Assembly: GCA_039804205.1 (NCBI GenBank)
Contig: JBDRZY010000006.1
Coordinates: 63,855 to 127,854, forward strand
Source: a candidate division WOR-3 bacterium
GTDB lineage: Bacteria > Hydrothermota > 32-111
Length of the DNA: 64,000 bases
Direction: 5' to 3'
The position numbers were made by a program, and so were the translations under genes. The notes under the pieces are model-generated. The model was not told the DNA's origin. It saw only the letters and a list, made by a program, of their open reading frames with translations, and did no database searches. Numbering within the stretch: the first letter of the stretch is position 1; each line of letters starts with the position of its first letter. Of the stretch, positions 19,645-26,979 are shown piece after piece.

Positions 19645-20634
19645 ATGGAAAATAAAATTTCCTATTTCTACAAAAAACTTGATAACAAAAAGGTTCAATG
19701 CACACTGTGTCCCCATTTTTGTACACTCTCTCCCGGACAAACAGGTTTATGTTTTGGAAGAGAAAATATAGATGGAGAACTCATAGCGATAAATTATGGT
19801 AAAGTTATGACGATCGCTGATGATCCAATCGAAAAAAAACCTCTTTACCATTTCCATCCAAAAGAGTATATAATATCTGTGGCACAGTTTGGTTGTAACC
19901 TGAAATGCCCATTCTGTCAAAACTATAACATATCACAAAACTATTTCGATGCTGAATTCATTCCAGTTGATGGACTTTACAGGTTGATAAAAAACAAGGG
20001 TAGAAAAAGAATAGCGTTCACATATACTGAACCTTTGATGTGGTATGAATATATTCACGATTTCGGTCAATCATATTCAAAACAGATAGATATAGTTCTT
20101 GTAACAAATGGAACTATAAATGAAGAACCAGCAAAAAAACTGTTACCTTTTGTAAAAGCTGCAAACATAGATCTTAAATCTTTTAATAGCGATTTTTATA
20201 AAAAAGAACTCAAAGGTGATCTTGAAAGTGTAAAAAATTTTATAAAGTTATCATACGAAATGGGAGTTCATATAGAAATCACAAACCTTCTGATCCCACA
20301 AAAAAACGATAACCCAGAAGAATTCAAACTCATGGTTGATTTCATAAGTTCAGTTTCAAACAAAATACCCTTACATATATCAAGATACTTCCCAAACTAT
20401 AAATATAAAATTCCACCAACACCACCTGAAAGGATGATCGAATTTTATAATTTAGCAAAAGAAAAACTGCACTATGTATATCTGGGGAACCTTTTTGACA
20501 ACAACTATTCGAACACCTATTGTCCTGTATGCTTTAACCTGTTAATAGAAAGAAACTTTTACGATATAAACATGATAGGGATCAATGACAAAAAATGTTC
20601 AAAGTGTAATTCTTCAGTTGATATAATACTATGA
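19645..20634 (+). CDS. AmmeMemoRadiSam-system radical SAM enzyme (AmrS-like)
   Basis: The N-terminal block CTLCPHFCTLSPGQTGLCFGR...DPIEKKPLYHFHP is followed by the radical SAM cluster motif GCNLKCPFCQNYNIS. There is a C-terminal Cys pair. Confidence 0.8.
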   Translation: MENKISYFYKKLDNKKVQCTLCPHFCTLSPGQTGLCFGRENIDGELIAINYGKVMTIADDPIEKKPLYHFHPKEYIISVAQFGCNLKCPFCQNYNISQNYFDAEFIPVDGLYRLIKNKGRKRIAFTYTEPLMWYEYIHDFGQSYSKQIDIVLVTNGTINEEPAKKLLPFVKAANIDLKSFNSDFYKKELKGDLESVKNFIKLSYEMGVHIEITNLLIPQKNDNPEEFKLMVDFISSVSNKIPLHISRYFPNYKYKIPPTPPERMIEFYNLAKEKLHYVYLGNLFDNNYSNTYCPVCFNLLIERNFYDINMIGINDKKCSKCNSSVDIIL

Positions 20635-20648
20635 AAAATTTTTCATAG
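20629..20648. repeat. Perfect 20-nt palindrome CTATGAAAAATTTTTCATAG spanning the radical SAM gene stop codon
   Basis: Read directly from the sequence. Its centre is about 90 bp upstream of the sigma-54 -24/-12 element. Function is unknown; an enhancer-binding-protein site is possible. Confidence 0.6.
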
Positions 20649-20725
20649 TTTTTCAGAAATAGTGCACTTGTCAAAAAAGATTTTTCTTAACTTGAGCAAA
20701 ATAATAACTTAAAATAAAAAGTTTC

Positions 20726-20741
20726 TGGCATAAAATTTGCT
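20726..20741 (+). promoter_or_regulatory. Sigma-54 (RpoN) -24/-12 promoter: TGGCAT-AAAAT-TTGCT
   Basis: GG and GC have the canonical spacing of the consensus TGGCAC-N5-TTGCW. The element ends 27 nt upstream of the first pilin-like ATG (20768). An AAAGGAG RBS lies in between. Confidence 0.65.
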
Positions 20742-20767
20742 TTTTTAGTTTTAAAAAGGAGTTTTGT

Positions 20768-21190
20768 ATGGTCAGAAAAGGATTCACAATGATAGAAACA
20801 CTTGTTGTGATAGTTATTATAGGGATGATTCTTGGTTTTGCAATTCCTCGATTCAATTCAAGACAGGCAAAGTTTAACAGTACTGTTAACAACATCATTG
20901 ATCAGTTGAACATGGCAAGACAGGAGGCTGCAACCAAAAACATTACAACAACATTTTATCTCGCAAAAGATTCTTTCAAATATGGAAACACAGTTTACAG
21001 ATTTCCTACAAGAGTTTTCACTTACGATTTTATAAACGAACAGGACTTTTCGTTTGACTCACCCATAGAGTTTATGCCAGGAGGGAAAACCGATGCTGTA
21101 TATGCTATACAGGTTATAGATTCAGCGACTTCAAGACAGAGTATGATTTACATTTTTCCATCAGGATATATTTTAAAAGGTAGCGAATAG
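20768..21190 (+). CDS. Minor (pseudo)pilin, FimT/FimU/GspH-like
   Basis: It has the class III signal and N-methylation motif MVRKGFTMIETLVVIVIIGMILGFAIP. Length is 140 aa. A following helix (NNIIDQLNMARQEA) is typical of GspH/FimT. Confidence 0.8.
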   Translation: MVRKGFTMIETLVVIVIIGMILGFAIPRFNSRQAKFNSTVNNIIDQLNMARQEAATKNITTTFYLAKDSFKYGNTVYRFPTRVFTYDFINEQDFSFDSPIEFMPGGKTDAVYAIQVIDSATSRQSMIYIFPSGYILKGSE

Positions 21191-21198
21191 GAGGAACA

Positions 21199-21573
21199 AT
21201 GAAAAAAGGTTTTACACTTCTTGAACTTTTAGTATCATCGATAATACTTGCAATTGGAATACTTGGACTTGCTGCACTTTTTCCTGCAGCTATGAGATCA
21301 ACACTTCTCACAAGGCAGAACACACAGGCAGTTGAAATCTGTCAGGCAACAATAGAATATTTAAGAACTTTACCCATAACTTCAGATGAACTAGAAGAGG
21401 GAACACACGGTCCAGATACAATAGATTCAAAATTCGTGAGAACCTATACTGTTACAGATAACCATCCAGCAACAAACATGAAATTTGTTGAGGTGACCGT
21501 ATCATGGCAACAGGTTGGTGGAAGTGGAGGGTTGAACCATTCTCAGACGATGAAAACTTATATTTCTAAATAA
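21199..21573 (+). CDS. Minor (pseudo)pilin, PilV/GspI-like
   Basis: It begins MKKGFTLLELLVSSIILAIGILGLAAL, the PilV-type N-terminus. Length is 124 aa. It has its own GGAGG RBS. Confidence 0.8.
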   Translation: MKKGFTLLELLVSSIILAIGILGLAALFPAAMRSTLLTRQNTQAVEICQATIEYLRTLPITSDELEEGTHGPDTIDSKFVRTYTVTDNHPATNMKFVEVTVSWQQVGGSGGLNHSQTMKTYISK

Positions 21574-21585
21574 TAAGGAGATATT

Positions 21586-24165
21586 ATGAAAAACAAAGGT
21601 TTCACTTTGCTTGAACTCCTTCTGGCAATCACAATATTTTCAATAATAGTTGGTGCTGCCATCACAGTGTTTGTGAACTCTCAAAATTCAAAACAAAAAG
21701 TTGATCTTATGACACAGGCACAACAATCAGCGAGAATCGCAGTCGATTATATGATAAGGGATATAAGGGCTGCTGGTTACAGTATCGATGTTGATGAAAC
21801 ATCAACATCACCACAGAGAAGATTGGTTTACGCTTCACCTTATGAACTGATTTTCAATGCAAATCTTTTGCCTTATCAGGATACACCTGATAATCCACAG
21901 GAACCGAGAGCGATGAAGGTTACCTCATCTCTTGATGAAAGACCAGCACATTATTATCCACCAATTCAATATCAAACAGGTGCTGAAACAGTTGTTTATA
22001 CACTCGACTGGAACAACGATGGTATCATAAATCAGGATGATAGGGATAACTCCCCTGCTTCTTTAACAAAGAATCCAAACGATTACTGTCTTGTCAAAAG
22101 AGTTTATGGACTTTACGACTCAGGTTTGAACATTGAATATATCCTGCCACCAGGTTCTCCATTTGACTGGTCGAACCATCAGGTAGTCTCAATCGTTTCA
22201 GGTCCTGATAGGTATCCAGCACAAACAACAGGAACACCGATCTTCCATTACTGGTATGATGATGATGGAGATCCCACAACTCCGTTAAAACTCTATGGTG
22301 ATGCAAACAACGATGGAGAACTCAGCCAAAATGAGGCAAACGCATTAACACCGATAACCGATTATGAAATGCTCGATAAGATTCAAATTGTTACAGTTAA
22401 AGTAACTGGAGTATCCCAGACACCCTTTAGAGGAAAATATTTAACTTCCTCTGTACAAACGGATGTTAATATAACAAGAAATACATCAATAGATGTTTTT
22501 GTTGTTAAAGGCCATGTTTATGTTGATGAAAATAAAAATGGAGATTACGATTCTGGAGAAGATGGTATTGAGGGGATGAAAGTAAAACTTTCAACAGGAG
22601 AAGTCGCTCTTACAGATGAAAATGGAACCTGGGTTTATGCTGTTGTTCCTGGAGTTTACACTGCTTCGATAACACCACAACTTTTCTATAGACCAACTAC
22701 TCCATCAAATTTTGATTTCACGATTACGAACTCATCAAGAGATTTTAGAAATGAGGATGATTATAAAAAATTCTTTGGAATGGAGGAGACACCTGCTGCT
22801 AAAGTTTCAGGAATCGTGTTCGAAGATCTCAACGCTGATGGTTTCTGGCAAAAGGATTCAGAACCAGGTGTTCCAGATTTACAGGTTGCTGTATGGAACA
22901 ATAGCACAAAATCATACTCATCACCTGTCGATTCAGTAGGTATTTTTCACCTTGATGTAAACGCTGGAGAGTCATTATACATCTGGGTAACACCTAATGA
23001 TAGTTTCGGTCCAAGTAATGTTGATCTTAACGATCAACTTAGTTTCACACAGGGCACCCCTCTTCTTTCAATACTTTCATCTTCCGCTGTTTTGGGTTAT
23101 CTTGATGAAGGAGAGGAAGGTTATATAGCATTTGGAATGTTAAAAGCAACCGGCACACGACCAACTTTAAGAGTTTTAGTTCCAAACGGTGGAGAATTAT
23201 GGCACACGGGCTCTTCCTACGATATAAAAGTTTACGCAACACCAAACGATTCAGGAGAAGTAATAAAGAAATTGATTTACTATTATTCTGTTGATGGTGG
23301 AGATAACTGGAGATACATAGATGAACAATCTTATCCAACACCATCTTCAGGAGATACATTATATACATACTACTGGAATATTCCTGATTCTGTTCAGGGT
23401 AGTCAGATATGCCTTGTAAAAGTGATATGTATAGATGAGGGAAACTGGTCTGTTTACGATATATCTGATAACTATTTTATGATCGTTAACCAGGCAGGTT
23501 ACACATACCTTTTTTTAACAAACGAATATGTTGATTCACTGTATGATGATACTCTATATCTTTACGCTTTTGGTGGAACTTATTATTCCGGTGTTGGAAC
23601 ATCAGGGCAATATCCACTTCCAAGATATATGAACACAGTAAACTCAAGAGTGATGGGTATTGCAGGTGATTCGATTGAAACATTCAATGTAATGATCCAT
23701 AAACCATTCAAAACACAAATTGGTATGAAAGCAGAATGGATAACAAAAAAAGGTATTCCTTATGCTGATACAATTTATCCCGGTATATGGAGGTTTGTTG
23801 GTTATGGAATGACTTACGATCCAGATGTTACAACAAAACCAAAATATTTTAACATTGAAGTTTACAAAACTGACTCTTTTGGTTCAAGAACTTCAAGAGT
23901 TTTATTATTCTCAACTCTAAACGCTGCAACTTATGATTCTATAAAAAGAACAGGTTCTATCATGAACGATGAGGATGAGTCATCAATGGATATATACATA
24001 AATAGAGGATTCTCGATCTCAAGAGCAGATAGGTTGTATATAAAAGTATACTATTCTGGTATTTTTTCAAATACAGGTGGACCTTCTGGAAGTATATCCC
24101 CAAGGATATGGATGACTTTTGGTGAAACAAGAGGAACAAAACTTTCACTTCCACCTAAAAAGTAA
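21586..24165 (+). CDS. Giant minor-pilin-like protein: PilW/GspJ-like N-terminus fused to adhesin-like domains (859 aa)
   Basis: It begins MKNKGFTLLELLLAITIFSIIVGAAITVF and has the PilW-like helix ARIAVDYMIRDIRAAGY. It carries two 12-residue EF-hand-type loops: DWNNDGIINQDD at 22006-22041 and DANNDGELSQNE at 22300-22335. Two SdrD-B/CnaB-like repeats lie at about 22501-22674 and 22801-22992. An Asp-box SVDGGDNW lies at 23287-23310. Confidence 0.75.
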   Translation: MKNKGFTLLELLLAITIFSIIVGAAITVFVNSQNSKQKVDLMTQAQQSARIAVDYMIRDIRAAGYSIDVDETSTSPQRRLVYASPYELIFNANLLPYQDTPDNPQEPRAMKVTSSLDERPAHYYPPIQYQTGAETVVYTLDWNNDGIINQDDRDNSPASLTKNPNDYCLVKRVYGLYDSGLNIEYILPPGSPFDWSNHQVVSIVSGPDRYPAQTTGTPIFHYWYDDDGDPTTPLKLYGDANNDGELSQNEANALTPITDYEMLDKIQIVTVKVTGVSQTPFRGKYLTSSVQTDVNITRNTSIDVFVVKGHVYVDENKNGDYDSGEDGIEGMKVKLSTGEVALTDENGTWVYAVVPGVYTASITPQLFYRPTTPSNFDFTITNSSRDFRNEDDYKKFFGMEETPAAKVSGIVFEDLNADGFWQKDSEPGVPDLQVAVWNNSTKSYSSPVDSVGIFHLDVNAGESLYIWVTPNDSFGPSNVDLNDQLSFTQGTPLLSILSSSAVLGYLDEGEEGYIAFGMLKATGTRPTLRVLVPNGGELWHTGSSYDIKVYATPNDSGEVIKKLIYYYSVDGGDNWRYIDEQSYPTPSSGDTLYTYYWNIPDSVQGSQICLVKVICIDEGNWSVYDISDNYFMIVNQAGYTYLFLTNEYVDSLYDDTLYLYAFGGTYYSGVGTSGQYPLPRYMNTVNSRVMGIAGDSIETFNVMIHKPFKTQIGMKAEWITKKGIPYADTIYPGIWRFVGYGMTYDPDVTTKPKYFNIEVYKTDSFGSRTSRVLLFSTLNAATYDSIKRTGSIMNDEDESSMDIYINRGFSISRADRLYIKVYYSGIFSNTGGPSGSISPRIWMTFGETRGTKLSLPPKK

Positions 24166-24176
24166 AGGAGAATTGT

Positions 24177-25670
24177 ATGGAAAAGAAAGGAATCGCACTC
24201 GTTACAACAATAATGATCCTTTTAATGTTATCACTTCTTGCAGCTGGAATGTTTTTCACAATAAAAAATGAAACAGCGATATCAATCTATCAGGCACAAT
24301 CGGTTCAGGTTATATCTGTTGCTGAATCAGCACTTGATGAGATCAAACACAGGATGAATCTTCCACCTTCAGATCCAGCATTTATCGGAGATACTTCTGT
24401 TCCTTTGAATCCAAACTGGACAACAGTGATACTTTTTGAGGATCATTCTGATCAGGATGATTCAACAGCAGGAATTTTTTATAAAACTTCACTTCAAACT
24501 AATCTTGATGATTTTGATCCTGACAACCCTGAGATGGATTATACAACAAAAGAATATGAAGAAGGTGTTTCTTTAACGATAAGACATAAAACAAATGAGG
24601 ATAAAACTCAAATCTATTATTATGATTCAAAAACTGAAAAACAATTCCTGGGACCTCCATCACTTGTTGTTGAATACCCTCCAGTTGAACTGGTTGAAAT
24701 AACAGCAAGGTCTGGCAAAGCTGTTAAAAAGATTCTCGCAGAGATTTCAAAACAGGAAGTTAACATAAAAGTTCAATCAGCATTGTCATCTTCAACAATC
24801 GCCTGGCAGATGACAGGTAACACTGATGTTTATGTTTGTGGACATAACCATCTTTTATCAACACCATACAATGTCTGTCCTTTTGATCCAACAACCTCTG
24901 CTCCACATCAACCAGGATCTTCAGCCCCTGCTGTTTCATGCTGGGCAGTTCAATCGGGAACAGGATCATATGCAACAGGAAAGCCACTTTACCATGTTGA
25001 GATAGATTCAGTTGATTCACATCCTGGAAAGAACCATTACTTCTATAATTATTATAAACACACATGGAACATAAACCGTCTTGAATATGATCCATACTGC
25101 ACAAGAGCCGGATGTCTTGCAGGTATTGCAACAACATCTTCAAGTGTTGGTAACTATGGAGCAACAAAATCACACATTTTTGGAAATCCTGATATCATAA
25201 TTAAATACGATCTTGTGATACCTGAACTCTACGAAGTACTTGGATACTCTTCTGAGGCAGAGATGAATGAAGCGATAAACTGGGAGACATCACTTGTGAG
25301 TGATCCTGTGAATATCAGATATTTTAAGTTAGGTTCAGGACCAGGTTCAGTAATAGAAATACCAACAATCAACTCTCAAACAGTTGGAATCATCTGGATC
25401 AACGGTAGTGTCAGATTAAGGGCTGGATCAAGGAGTTTTCAGCACAAAGGACTTTTATATATTCAGGAAAATCTTTTGGAAACATCAACACCTGGTGGTA
25501 ACTACGATTTCTGGGTTTTGGGTGCCATGATGGTCAAGGGTTATATCGATGATATACATACATCTGGTAACAAGCGAATGTTCTTTATGTATTCAAAAGA
25601 TGCTCTGTCGCAGACAGTTGAACAGGATCTGAGATTTTACAAACTAATAGGCTGGAAAGAGGTTTATTGA
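24177..25670 (+). CDS. PilX/GspK-like pilus assembly protein with large C-terminal domain (497 aa)
   Basis: The N-terminus MEKKGIALVTTIMILLMLSLLAAGMFF is PilX_N/GspK-type: a hydrophobic helix with no Glu at +5. About 450 further residues contain six Cys and match nothing I recognise. Confidence 0.65.
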   Translation: MEKKGIALVTTIMILLMLSLLAAGMFFTIKNETAISIYQAQSVQVISVAESALDEIKHRMNLPPSDPAFIGDTSVPLNPNWTTVILFEDHSDQDDSTAGIFYKTSLQTNLDDFDPDNPEMDYTTKEYEEGVSLTIRHKTNEDKTQIYYYDSKTEKQFLGPPSLVVEYPPVELVEITARSGKAVKKILAEISKQEVNIKVQSALSSSTIAWQMTGNTDVYVCGHNHLLSTPYNVCPFDPTTSAPHQPGSSAPAVSCWAVQSGTGSYATGKPLYHVEIDSVDSHPGKNHYFYNYYKHTWNINRLEYDPYCTRAGCLAGIATTSSSVGNYGATKSHIFGNPDIIIKYDLVIPELYEVLGYSSEAEMNEAINWETSLVSDPVNIRYFKLGSGPGSVIEIPTINSQTVGIIWINGSVRLRAGSRSFQHKGLLYIQENLLETSTPGGNYDFWVLGAMMVKGYIDDIHTSGNKRMFFMYSKDALSQTVEQDLRFYKLIGWKEVY

Positions 25671-26191
25671 TGCATAACTATTTACAGGATGAATTGAACC
25701 TTTACGGTGAATTTATAGAAGAGGTTGATATAGCAAAATTTATAATACAGGCACATTCAGGGCCTTTCCATATTTTAAGGGAAAGGCCCGATATAAAATT
25801 TATAGGTGAAAAAATAAAAAATGAGTATCTTTCAAACCATCAGATGATAAGAACAAATGAAATTTTTCAGCAGATTTCTGATAAGTGCACCCGTGTTCAT
25901 ATTACACCTTTCCTGAGAAAGTATAAATCAGCAAAACTTTTGGCTGAACTTTTTTTACAAAATTTTGATTTTTATTCAGATGAGTATATACTTCCAATAG
26001 ATGAGAACATTATAAATTTAATTCTGTCACAGTTACATAACTATAACACTGACATAATAAAAAATCTTTTGATAAAATACAACAAAGAAGGTTTTGTGCC
26101 ACATCATTCTGAAAGATACAAAAACAATGTCCATCCTTCCTACCTTGTATTTTTGAATGAAGTTATTAAACAGAACATAACGATTTTATGA
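25667..26191 (+). CDS. Hypothetical cytoplasmic protein (174 aa)
   Basis: Its start overlaps the pilX-like stop by 4 nt. It has no TM segment or signal peptide. No family was recognised (C-terminal GFVPHHSERYKNNVHPSYLVF). Confidence 0.5.
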   Translation: MMHNYLQDELNLYGEFIEEVDIAKFIIQAHSGPFHILRERPDIKFIGEKIKNEYLSNHQMIRTNEIFQQISDKCTRVHITPFLRKYKSAKLLAELFLQNFDFYSDEYILPIDENIINLILSQLHNYNTDIIKNLLIKYNKEGFVPHHSERYKNNVHPSYLVFLNEVIKQNITIL

Positions 26192-26979
26192 AAAATAAAA
26201 AATTCCATATTTTATTTTTAATATTTTTACTTTTTCTTGTCACCATTTATTTAACCTATACAAAATATCAGAATAAAACAATCTTTTCAATCGATGATAA
26301 AAGGATTTCCTTTGAGTATTTCTTAAAATACAAAGAGTTTTATAAAAAGATAAATTCTCTTGATCACGTTCTTGATTGTAATATAGTAGATGAGATAGTT
26401 AAAAACTATATTTTCTTCAAAATTGCAAAAGAGGAAGGTATCGACGTTTCAGATAAAAGTATAGATTATCATTTTAACATGCATAAGGATGATTTAAAAA
26501 TCGATTTTGAAAAAATTAAAAAAAGTTTTAATGAGGAAGAAATTTTTGAATTTTTTGAAAAACCATTCGTTGTAAAAAATCTTCTCATAGAAAAGATTAA
26601 ATATGATTCAACAGGTATACAGAAAGAGAGGTATATGTATTCAAAAACGATTTTCAAAGGATGGGATGGAAAAAGTGTTGATAAAAATTTTTTAAACGAA
26701 TTTACCGAATATGTTGAACAGCATCTGGAAAAAGAGAACATAAACGGATTTGAAACAGGTAAAAAAAACTTTTCTGAAGATGATGGTTTTTATTATGTTT
26801 TTTCTTCTAACAAAAATGTACTATTTGGATATAGAGTTTACAAAATTCCATCGGATGAATATTTAGAAAAAAAATACAAGAAAAAATTTATATTAAAATT
26901 TTTGGATGATAAAGATAAGAGGGCATTTTTATTGGTTAACAAAGACAAACTCCTTGACACAATCGTTGAAGTCAGATGA
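26188..26979 (+). CDS. Hypothetical membrane-anchored protein (263 aa), possibly SurA-N/PpiD-like chaperone fold
   Basis: It overlaps the upstream gene by 4 nt. It has a single N-terminal TM helix (FHILFLIFLLFLVTIYLTY). The rest is Lys/Glu-rich and helical, loosely resembling SurA N-terminal domains; this is weak. Confidence 0.5.
   Translation: MKNKKFHILFLIFLLFLVTIYLTYTKYQNKTIFSIDDKRISFEYFLKYKEFYKKINSLDHVLDCNIVDEIVKNYIFFKIAKEEGIDVSDKSIDYHFNMHKDDLKIDFEKIKKSFNEEEIFEFFEKPFVVKNLLIEKIKYDSTGIQKERYMYSKTIFKGWDGKSVDKNFLNEFTEYVEQHLEKENINGFETGKKNFSEDDGFYYVFSSNKNVLFGYRVYKIPSDEYLEKKYKKKFILKFLDDKDKRAFLLVNKDKLLDTIVEVR

Noticed and set aside
20629-20648. The 20-nt perfect palindrome, considered as a rho-independent terminator for the radical SAM gene.
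   Set aside because: The stem would be almost pure A/U with no loop nucleotides and no distinct trailing U-tract beyond the stem itself. It is kept only as a possible protein-binding dyad.
20671-20898. A 75-aa minus-strand ORF spanning the pilin promoter and the first pilin gene start.
   Set aside because: It overlaps the sigma-54 promoter, the RBS and the conserved prepilin N-terminus on the opposite strand. Its sequence has no recognisable features, so it is spurious.
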